Translations under genes and position numbers: made by a program
The notes under the pieces: generated by a model
Told to the model about the DNA's origin: nothing
The model's database searches: none
What the model saw: only the letters and a program-made list of their open reading frames with translations
Shown: in pieces, positions 51,055 through 59,031 of the stretch
How the letters are laid out: the number at the start of each line of letters is the position of its first letter
Numbering within the stretch: the stretch's first letter is position 1
DNA from: Candidatus Latescibacterota bacterium
GTDB lineage: Bacteria > Latescibacterota > UBA2968
Assembly: GCA_965207885.1 (NCBI GenBank)
Contig: OZ242311.1
Coordinates: 4,032,001-4,096,000, forward strand
Direction of reading: 5' to 3'
DNA length: 64,000 bases

Positions 51055-51248
51055 ATTGGAAGGAATTGACCCGCTCATAGAGGATTGAAACTTAATATAC
51101 CTGTTGGCAGGTTATCGGAGTGGTCATTTGACGAATTGGAAGGAATTGACCCGCTCATAGAGGATTGAAACTTAATATACGTTTCATGGATCTTCCGGTC
51201 GCCGGCGTAGATTGGAAGGAATTGACCCGCTCATAGGGGATTGAAAAC
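51055..51248 (+). CRISPR. Mini CRISPR array: 3 repeats (37 nt), 2 spacers (43 and 39 nt)
   Basis: ATTGGAAGGAATTGACCCGCTCATAGAGGATTGAAAC at 51055 and 51135, degenerate trailer copy at 51211; ends in the ATTGAAAC handle. Confidence 0.92.
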
Positions 51249-51269
51249 TTCGTCATCAAGGGATATGTC

Positions 51270-52991
51270 GTGCAGATCGCGGAACCCGTATTGAAAGCCA
51301 TCCAGGACAGAGGCAGACGAGGATTGCCCCTTGAGAATATTTATCGACACCTCTACAACCCGGACCTCTTTTTACGCGCTTATGGACGGCTGTATCGAAA
51401 AGCTGGCGCGACCACACAGGGCATTACAAAAGAGACCACAGATGGCATGTCTATGGCGAAGATCAATGCCCTCATCGAGGCATTCCGCTGCGAGCGGTAT
51501 CAATGGACGCCTGTTAAGCGCATCTATATTCCCAAAAAAAATGGGGGGCGGCGTCCGCTCGGCATACCGGTTTGGTCTGATAAACTGGTGCAAGAAGTTA
51601 TGCGATCTTTGTTGGGCGTCTATTATGAACCCCAATTTAGTGACCTGTCCCACGGCTTTCGGCCTCAACGGGGCTGCCATTCTGCACTTGCGGAAATTTT
51701 GAGATGGAAAGACATAGACTATTTTATCGAAGGCGATATCAAAGCCTGTTTTGACAGTATTGATCACGAATGTCTGCTGTCTATTTTGAAGGAGAAAGTC
51801 CGCGATGATCGGTTTATCGACTTAATTGGGGATTTGCTCAAGGCCGGATGCGTCGCGTACGGGCGTTACGAATCTACTCCGAGTGGTACGCCACAAGGCG
51901 GTCCCATTAGTCCACTTCTCGCAAACGTTTATCTCGACAGGTTGGATGAGTTCGTCGAAAATACGCTTGTGCCTCTTTACACAACGGGCGAGAAACGCAT
52001 AGAGGCGAGTTGGAAGACGCCAGAGGAGTTGCAGAGGGTTCTGAAGATATTGGATACGCAGGGTCCCGATTTTAGACGTATTCGCTATATCCGATACGCC
52101 GATGATTTTTTGATCGGTTTTACCGGGCGAAAGGCAGAGGCTAAAGAGATCAAACAATGTCTCAAAGAATTTTTGCAAGAGACGCTGAAATTGGAACTGT
52201 CAGAGGACAAAACCTCAATTACCCACAGCCGCAAAGAGACAGCACACTTTCTCGGATACGAGATCAAGAATCTGAATGGGTCAACGCAAAATACACTGAG
52301 CCTGAGTGTGCCGAAAAAAGCCGTGAAAGAGAAGTGTAGCTTGTATCAAAAACGCGGGCGTGTCACATACTGTGCCGAACTGCTGCATGACAGCGATTGG
52401 GAAATCATAAGTCTTTTTCAGAGTCGATATATCGGATATGTGCAATACTATATTTTCGCACACAATGTCCATATCTTAAACGTATTGCGCTGGGTGATGA
52501 GTGCGTCTTTGCTCAAGACGCTTGCGAAAAAGCATAAGACACATGTGAATCAACTTATGAAGCAGTATAAAGCGACTATCCAGACGCCTTATGGCCCGCT
52601 GACGTGTTTGGAGATGCCTGTTTTGTGTGAAGGTGGGCAATTGAGGACGGCGCGTTTTGGTGGCTTCTCTCTCAGGCCGAGGGAAGGCATACCCCTTGCA
52701 GACCGCGACCCAAACAGGGAGATGCGGTGCAAGGGGATAGAACTGATCCAGCGCTTGCTGTCAAACCAGTGCGAATGCTGCGGCGCAACAGGCCAGGTGG
52801 AAGTGCATCATGTCCGAAAACTTGTCCATAGAGAAGGGCAAGTATCAGAGCACACATGGATGCGAGACATGGTTACACGAAAGCGAAAAACCCTTATCGT
52901 GTGCAAAACATGCCACCAGGCAATCCATTCTGTGACAAAAACAAGGAAGAAAAACAGGTATCGGGGAATGCACGCAACACAACGCCAGTAA
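51270..52991 (+). CDS. Group II intron-type reverse transcriptase/maturase with HNH domain; no flanking intron RNA recognised
   Basis: YIPKKNG..RPLGIP..DKLVQ, SHGFRP.R, EGDIK.CFD.IDH, GTPQGG.ISPLLAN, RYADDF, maturase domain, C..C..EVHH..C..CH..IH. Confidence 0.92.
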   Translation: MQIAEPVLKAIQDRGRRGLPLENIYRHLYNPDLFLRAYGRLYRKAGATTQGITKETTDGMSMAKINALIEAFRCERYQWTPVKRIYIPKKNGGRRPLGIPVWSDKLVQEVMRSLLGVYYEPQFSDLSHGFRPQRGCHSALAEILRWKDIDYFIEGDIKACFDSIDHECLLSILKEKVRDDRFIDLIGDLLKAGCVAYGRYESTPSGTPQGGPISPLLANVYLDRLDEFVENTLVPLYTTGEKRIEASWKTPEELQRVLKILDTQGPDFRRIRYIRYADDFLIGFTGRKAEAKEIKQCLKEFLQETLKLELSEDKTSITHSRKETAHFLGYEIKNLNGSTQNTLSLSVPKKAVKEKCSLYQKRGRVTYCAELLHDSDWEIISLFQSRYIGYVQYYIFAHNVHILNVLRWVMSASLLKTLAKKHKTHVNQLMKQYKATIQTPYGPLTCLEMPVLCEGGQLRTARFGGFSLRPREGIPLADRDPNREMRCKGIELIQRLLSNQCECCGATGQVEVHHVRKLVHREGQVSEHTWMRDMVTRKRKTLIVCKTCHQAIHSVTKTRKKNRYRGMHATQRQ

Positions 52992-52996
52992 TCCAT

Positions 52997-53020
52997 GTAG
53001 GGGCGAGGCATGCCTCGCCC
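52997..53020. repeat. REP-like palindrome
   Basis: GTAG followed by the perfect 20-bp palindrome GGGCGAGGCATGCCTCGCCC. Confidence 0.7.
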
Positions 53021-53081
53021 GTGCCCTTCATTGCGGTGTGGTATTGCGTTGCACCACCCAGGCTGAACATAAGGAGAATTC

Positions 53082-53228
53082 ATGGTCAAACAGATATTAT
53101 TATGTACCGTCGGAGGCTCTCATCAACCGATTCTCGAAGCAATTAAATCATCGTCACCGTGCCATGTCTGTTTTTTTGCACGGACCGCCTCCTTCACATC
53201 CCATAACCAGCGAAGGAACAATCCATGA
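53082..53228 (+). pseudogene. N-terminal stub of a second TIGR02710-type CARF gene
   Basis: AAGGAG RBS; MVKQILLCTVGGSHQPILEAIKSSSPCHVCFF matches the next gene's MSETILLCTVGGSHQPILAAIETNSPKLVCFF; frameshift in a T7 run. Confidence 0.8.
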
Positions 53229-54487
53229 GCGAAACCATCCTTCTTTGCACCGTTGGCGGCAGCCACCAGCCTATCTTGGCGGCCATTGAAACAAACAGTC
53301 CGAAACTCGTTTGCTTCTTCTGTACCGAAGGACAGGCTGGTTCCGAGGTTCAAGTAATCGGCGAGGGCAAAGTTATCAAGGACAAACTGCAAGACAGCAA
53401 AGCAACATTGCCCAATATCCCCACCCAAGCGCGAGCGCAGGGTTGGAATGGTACCTATAAGATAAAGATCGTCCCTCCAGACGATTTGGATGGGGCCTTC
53501 TTTGTTATCCGAAATACGATCCTAAAATTGGCCCATAAGTATCCCAATGCCGAATTGGTGGCTGACTACACCGGTGGCACAAAGACGATGACGGCGGCCT
53601 TGGTCAGTGCTGTGTTGGATACTGAGCGCGTCGAGCTCCAACTCGTTGCTGGCGAACGCAGAGATCTCATACAAGTGATTCCGGATACCGAATTGTCGGT
53701 CGTCGCCAGCGTGACCCGATTGCTGATTGATCGTGACATCAAGCAATTTCTGGCCGCTTGGCGTCATTTCGGCTACCACGAAGCAGCAGAAGGGCTGAAG
53801 AAAGTGCGTATCGCGGCTGATTCGCCCGACTTTGAGCGTTTGCACCAAGCATATATGTTGAGTCAGGGCTTAGCATTGTGGGATAGATTCGATCACGCTG
53901 GCGCACTTGAAAAGATTCAACCGCTGGAGCAAATTAAAGCTGCCTATCCGTATATGATGCCGACGCTGGGACAGCTTAAGGCAGACCGAGAACAAGCTCT
54001 CTTATTCGACCTCTGGTTAAATGCCGAGCGGCGTGCGGCCCAGGGTCGCTTTGACGATGCGATTGCGCGGTGGTATCGCATGATGGAGTGGACAGCCCAA
54101 TGGCAACTCCGAACGAAACTCAACGCCGATACCGGGGACTTTTCAGGCGATTTGCTGCCGAAGCAGGTTCAGGCGGCCCCGGATTCAGATGGTAAAATTA
54201 AAATTGGGCTTTGGAAGGCATGGCAAGTCGTAAAATACCGTTGCGAACTATCGGGTCCTGCTCAGGACTTCATCAAAAAGCACGGATCAAAGCTCCTCGA
54301 TTTACTCGAGATTCGCAACAATTCGATACTGGCTCACGGTTTTTGTCCTGTGAGTTCTTCGAACTGGCAAGAGGTGCATAATTGGACACAAGATAAATTC
54401 CTGCCCGTTCTGCGTACCCTGGCCGAAGAAGTGGGCTTGAAAAGCGAGCCGAAACAACTCCCGACCGAATTTCCAGAGAGCATCTGA
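53225..54487 (+). CDS. TIGR02710-family CARF-HEPN type III effector
   Basis: LCTVGGS, DYTGGTKTM (CARF), WDRFDH..A, RNNSILAHG (HEPN). Confidence 0.9.
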   Translation: MSETILLCTVGGSHQPILAAIETNSPKLVCFFCTEGQAGSEVQVIGEGKVIKDKLQDSKATLPNIPTQARAQGWNGTYKIKIVPPDDLDGAFFVIRNTILKLAHKYPNAELVADYTGGTKTMTAALVSAVLDTERVELQLVAGERRDLIQVIPDTELSVVASVTRLLIDRDIKQFLAAWRHFGYHEAAEGLKKVRIAADSPDFERLHQAYMLSQGLALWDRFDHAGALEKIQPLEQIKAAYPYMMPTLGQLKADREQALLFDLWLNAERRAAQGRFDDAIARWYRMMEWTAQWQLRTKLNADTGDFSGDLLPKQVQAAPDSDGKIKIGLWKAWQVVKYRCELSGPAQDFIKKHGSKLLDLLEIRNNSILAHGFCPVSSSNWQEVHNWTQDKFLPVLRTLAEEVGLKSEPKQLPTEFPESI

Positions 54488-54641
54488 ATTGTGTCCGACA
54501 ATCACAGCCTTGCTGATACGTTTGTACGAGGCGGATTGTCACTGATGAGACACAGAATGGTGTGAATGGTAGAGATATATTGTCAGGGCACAAGTAGCCG
54601 TGCTGGCAGATTTATTTTGACAAAAATGAGAGGGTAATCAG

Positions 54642-56246
54642 ATGGCAACAGGCAAAATCATGAATTGGAAAGGAAAATACGGATTTATTGAAAATGATGC
54701 TGGAGGGCAAAATGTTTTCTTACACATCAATGAAGTTGATCAAGACGATAGAGGATTCTTGACTAAGGGCACAAGAGTTGATTTCGATATACAAGAAGTG
54801 CCTCAAGGATTGGCAGCAAATAATGTTCGTTTCTTGAAATTTCACAATCCATATACCTTTGTCCCTACCCCTCCGCGTCAGGATGCAATAAAAGCGGGTG
54901 GGTTTGCTGGCGATTTTGATCCCTTGGAGTGTGGTCTCAGCCATGCATGTCTTGATCCGGATCTATGGACAGGACATCTGCCAATCAAGCTGACCACGGT
55001 CACACCCCTGGTATTGCCGAAAACTGATGGTGAAGAACGTTTGTCAACTGAGCACCAAACTTATGATGTCCTCAACTATTTGCCGGAATCGTCCCTGCGC
55101 GGCATGTTGCGAAGTGCCTACGAAGTGGTGACGAACTCGCGCTATAGTTGTTTTAGCAACGATGACCGATTGAAGTTTCGTTTAGGTCGAGAAAAGAGAA
55201 CATATGAAAAGAGTCCCAAAGACCTTCTCGACTTCTCACTAAGATCAGCGGATAAGATGAGTAAGCTGTCTCCCGCGGATCGTTTGTTCGGGTGGGTACC
55301 TCAGCAATCCGGTAGCGACCAGGGGTACAAGGGCCGCATACGGGTCGTTTGTGAAGATGATGCACGATCTGAGATTATCCAACACTTTGATGGTAAAGAC
55401 TTGCCATTGACGATCCTCGGAGAGCCAAAACCCGCACAAGGCCGTTTTTATGTTGCTAAAGATAAAAAAGGTACGCCGCAAGAAGATGGCATTAGCAAGG
55501 AGCAAGCTGGCTACAGTGGAGGTAAGGGCTTACGAGGTCGGAAGCAATACTGGCACCATAAAGGGCTGGAAGCGGGTCAGGCACGAGACTATTGGAAATC
55601 GTCAGTAGATGACCGAACGCAGCAACAAAACAATGGTCGGTATCAAGAATATCGCCGTCCCAATAAAAATGGAGAGCCACAAAAAGATGCTCAAAACCGC
55701 AGCATTACCGGATGGATTAAGCCAGGTACGGTTTTTAAGGCATCCCTATATGTACAAAATCTGCAAACTGAAGAAATTGGTGCATTGCTTTGGCTGCTAT
55801 CGCTTCCCTCAGACCATTACTTCCGGCTGGGATATGGCAAGCCATTGGGTTTTGGCAGCGTGAGGATAGAGGTTGATGAGGAGCGATGTGTAAATGGATG
55901 TCTGCCACTCGGCACTGGCAAAGATTGGAAAAGCTACTATGCAACCTTTTATACTTCCCCACCGGCAACACTAAATGAGGACCAACGAAAGGGCTGTATT
56001 CAAAAATTTAAGGCCAGTATGGTAGCTGCGTACGATTCAAAACATTTTAATAATCTACCTTTTATCAGCGGATTTCTGAAAGTTCTAAAGGGTCCAAAAA
56101 AAGATGCACCCATTCACTATCCACGGCTGGAATACAAACCCAATCCCAAAGGCGAGAATTTTCGATGGTTCGTCGCAAATGAAAAAGGTAAAAGACTTGC
56201 GCTTCCAGCGGTTACAGCGAAGAAGGGGCTACCTTATCAACCCTGA
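54642..56246 (+). CDS. cas7: TIGR03986-type Cas7 (RAMP) with N-terminal cold-shock domain
   Basis: CSD KYGFI..VFLH..GLAANNV; FHNPYTFVP, SSLRGMLRSAYE.VTNS, LSPADRLFGWV, LRGRKQYWH, LGYGKPLGFGSV. Confidence 0.87.
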   Translation: MATGKIMNWKGKYGFIENDAGGQNVFLHINEVDQDDRGFLTKGTRVDFDIQEVPQGLAANNVRFLKFHNPYTFVPTPPRQDAIKAGGFAGDFDPLECGLSHACLDPDLWTGHLPIKLTTVTPLVLPKTDGEERLSTEHQTYDVLNYLPESSLRGMLRSAYEVVTNSRYSCFSNDDRLKFRLGREKRTYEKSPKDLLDFSLRSADKMSKLSPADRLFGWVPQQSGSDQGYKGRIRVVCEDDARSEIIQHFDGKDLPLTILGEPKPAQGRFYVAKDKKGTPQEDGISKEQAGYSGGKGLRGRKQYWHHKGLEAGQARDYWKSSVDDRTQQQNNGRYQEYRRPNKNGEPQKDAQNRSITGWIKPGTVFKASLYVQNLQTEEIGALLWLLSLPSDHYFRLGYGKPLGFGSVRIEVDEERCVNGCLPLGTGKDWKSYYATFYTSPPATLNEDQRKGCIQKFKASMVAAYDSKHFNNLPFISGFLKVLKGPKKDAPIHYPRLEYKPNPKGENFRWFVANEKGKRLALPAVTAKKGLPYQP

Positions 56247-56290
56247 AGCAATGCCGTTCGCAATTCCCAGACAAAGAGGAGACAATAAAT

Positions 56291-57382
56291 ATGGGAACAC
56301 AACTTATTTTTACTGTTGGAACCAATCCACTACCGATATGGGTGGCGTGGCATCATTTGAAAGACAAACTATCAGAGCCTGTTCAGGTTCGACTTGTGCA
56401 TACAGCGGACACAGAAGATGAAAAAGATCGGCTAAAAAAGTATTGTCACGGTGCGGCCTTTCTTGATCCGATTCAAACGTCCGACGGCGACCCTCGTACT
56501 GTACGTGAGGATATCAGGACTATCGCTGATGGCCTCTCAGACGAGACCAACCTTCTGCACATTCACTACACTGGCGGTACCAAGGTGATGGCCGTTGAAA
56601 CTGTCGCCGCCCTTGAAGCCACTTTACCGAAAAATATCCACTTGGATACCTCCTATCTGGACCCACGCGCCACATCAGGTCCCGCTATCGTGAATCGGGC
56701 TGGGAAAACTTGGGTCCGAGATACTCGTAAGAATATTACTGCTGATCTTGCTCGTATCGCTCTCCTCAACGGTTTTACTCTCGGGCCGTTTAAACACAAA
56801 TATTGGGATAAAGAGGCCAACTGCTATGAAACGGACGACTGTCCGGCTCCTGGAATACCCACTCAAAATCAATTGGACAAGGGCAGAAAGGCTATTACAG
56901 GCGGTGGGCGTATCACATGTTACAAACTCTTAGAACACGGTGCCTATGCCGCATTTAAGGATGCATTGGAGGAGGTTTCTACGAGCAATTCAAATCGTAA
57001 TAACTATAAACTTTTCCACAATGTGTATGTCCGACGTATAAGAGCATCACAGAGTGCAAAGCCCTTCGAGCTTGATGTAGTAGCAGTACTGGGGTATCAG
57101 ATTGTCGTTGTTTCATGTACTCTTGATGGGAGTCATGACAAGATAAAACAAAAAGGTATGGAGGCCATTTTGCGAGCAAGGCAACTCGGTGGTGATGAAG
57201 CGCGGGCCATTGTTTTGTGTAGTGCTCACCAGAATGATGCTAAACTCATTGAAGATGAGTTAAGGGATGAAATGGGTAGTGCGAGCGAGCCTTTACAAGT
57301 TTGGGAAAGGAATAGGTGGCCTATGCCTATGTTGTCAGATGCGTTTTATCAATATCTGCGTAATGACCTGCATTGGAAGTGA
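56291..57382 (+). CDS. Can2/Card1-like CARF + PD-(D/E)xK-type nuclease (DUF1887-like)
   Basis: VGTNPLP, HYTGGTKVM, FELDVV...VSCT, RARQLGGDEAR. Confidence 0.85.
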   Translation: MGTQLIFTVGTNPLPIWVAWHHLKDKLSEPVQVRLVHTADTEDEKDRLKKYCHGAAFLDPIQTSDGDPRTVREDIRTIADGLSDETNLLHIHYTGGTKVMAVETVAALEATLPKNIHLDTSYLDPRATSGPAIVNRAGKTWVRDTRKNITADLARIALLNGFTLGPFKHKYWDKEANCYETDDCPAPGIPTQNQLDKGRKAITGGGRITCYKLLEHGAYAAFKDALEEVSTSNSNRNNYKLFHNVYVRRIRASQSAKPFELDVVAVLGYQIVVVSCTLDGSHDKIKQKGMEAILRARQLGGDEARAIVLCSAHQNDAKLIEDELRDEMGSASEPLQVWERNRWPMPMLSDAFYQYLRNDLHWK

Positions 57383-57396
57383 GTGGGGATATACTT

Positions 57397-59031
57397 ATGT
57401 CAAATTCTCTTTATATGGGTCAATGTGTTGCAGTCTTCGGTACTGCGAGTCTTCAGCGATACATCTTTCAGAGCAATCGACTGAAAGAGAATATCGGTGC
57501 GTCCTATCTCGTAAAATACTGGCTTGACGAGGGCTTGGTTGAGGCCATAAAGCAGTCTGGCTGTACGGTTGATACGACTGTGTGGGATGAGTACAAAACA
57601 AATCCCTCAATGTCTCGGCCTGCAAAGCCAGTGGACATATCGAAAGATGTCAATTTCATCTATGTCGGTGGGGGTAATGCTGCGTTGCTGTGCAAAAGCC
57701 AGGAGACTGCTAAAGATGTTGTCAAAATATGGAGCCACAAGCTACTCGAACATGCACCTGGACTCCGGGTGGCCGTTGGGTATGCGGATGTTGAGAACTC
57801 ATTGGCTGAGGCATATCGTTCCGCGTTAGAAAACCTGTCACAATGCGAGGAAGCATTGCCGTTTGGGGACACCTTGTACAGCTTACCCGTTGTTCGCACT
57901 TGCACGACTACTGGGCTTCCTGCGAGCGTACCCAGCAAAGAAGAGAACAATGAGGAGGAGTGGATATCGCAGTCTGCGTCGAGCAAGCGAAATCAAGTCG
58001 GCTCTGAACGCAAGTCAGGTGCTGCCCAAAGGGATATTAGACGCGAATTCAAATCGGTTCTGCAAAGAGGTCAAAACTTTGCCATTGAACTCGACAAACT
58101 GGGTGGGCGTAAAGGAGAATCGCATATTGCTGTCGTGCATGCTGACGGCAATGGAATGGGCAAGCATCTTATAGATGTGGTGAACAGTGCAGAAGATGAT
58201 GAGGAATTTCTCCATCACATCCGAGCATTTTCGGCCTCTGTGTCGCGTCTGTCCCAGAGTGCCCTACAGGAGACATTGCAATATCTACAGGAAGAGTTGC
58301 CGAACCTGAAAGGGGATTTGTCGCTGGGAGAAGAAAAAATTTTTCCTTTGCGTCCTATCGTGTACGGAGGCGATGATTTGACATTTGTATGCGATGGTCG
58401 CGTGGGTCTCGATCTGGCGGCCTTCTATTTGAAGGCGTTTTCCAAAGGCAAGATCAAAGTCCGTGGTAAGGATGAACCCGTTGATGCCTGTGCGGGGGTA
58501 GCCATTGTGCCTACAAAATTTCCCTTTGCCCGCGCGTATCATTTTGCTGAAGAACTCTGCGGATTGACCAAGTCATACCTTCGTGAGAGAGATTTAACTG
58601 GCAGTTGGCTGGATTTTCAGATTATCCAGGAAGGTATCACCCGATCCATTTCGGCACTGAGAGCCGCACAGTATCGTAGCTTTGAGGGACAAACACTGCA
58701 TCAGCGTCCTTATCAGGTACCGGAAAAATGGGACGTTTTTGTTGAAATTTTGAAGGAATTTCAAGCGTCGTGGCCCCGCAACCGTGCCAAAGGGCTTTTG
58801 CAGGCTCTAACGCAGGGACCTGCGGCAACGCAACGCTTCGTTGAGGGCGCACGGTGGCGTGATGTGAAGTTACCATCGTCTTCGGTAAGTGGTACAGGTT
58901 GGACGGGTGGAGATCCTCCTGATCGCACCACGCCGTATTTCGATCCGCTCGAAACACTTGATTTCTATCTGGAAGTGAAGAAACCAGCAAAAAATGGCGA
59001 GAAAGCAGGTAAGGAGATCAAGAATGACTGA
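57397..59031 (+). CDS. cas10: Type III-D Cas10 (palm domains, GGDD intact, no HD domain)
   Basis: QRYIFQSNRLKENIGAS, YVGGGNA, HADGNGMG, YGGDDL. Confidence 0.92.
   Translation: MSNSLYMGQCVAVFGTASLQRYIFQSNRLKENIGASYLVKYWLDEGLVEAIKQSGCTVDTTVWDEYKTNPSMSRPAKPVDISKDVNFIYVGGGNAALLCKSQETAKDVVKIWSHKLLEHAPGLRVAVGYADVENSLAEAYRSALENLSQCEEALPFGDTLYSLPVVRTCTTTGLPASVPSKEENNEEEWISQSASSKRNQVGSERKSGAAQRDIRREFKSVLQRGQNFAIELDKLGGRKGESHIAVVHADGNGMGKHLIDVVNSAEDDEEFLHHIRAFSASVSRLSQSALQETLQYLQEELPNLKGDLSLGEEKIFPLRPIVYGGDDLTFVCDGRVGLDLAAFYLKAFSKGKIKVRGKDEPVDACAGVAIVPTKFPFARAYHFAEELCGLTKSYLRERDLTGSWLDFQIIQEGITRSISALRAAQYRSFEGQTLHQRPYQVPEKWDVFVEILKEFQASWPRNRAKGLLQALTQGPAATQRFVEGARWRDVKLPSSSVSGTGWTGGDPPDRTTPYFDPLETLDFYLEVKKPAKNGEKAGKEIKND

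Noticed and set aside
51092-51210. Self-targeting spacers
   Set aside because: Only short 11-12 nt matches were noticed (near 35597 and 41160), which is compatible with chance; no exhaustive search was possible.
51270-52991. RT as a diversity-generating retroelement, retron or RT-Cas1 fusion
   Set aside because: It has PQG/YADD plus maturase and HNH domains typical of intron proteins. I saw no TR/VR pair with adenine-specific mismatches and no retron VTG motif or msr-msd, and cas1 is a separate gene.
50796-53080. Complete group II intron
   Set aside because: No domain V/VI after the ORF and no room for domains I-III before it. This was judged by eye and needs an Infernal search to confirm.
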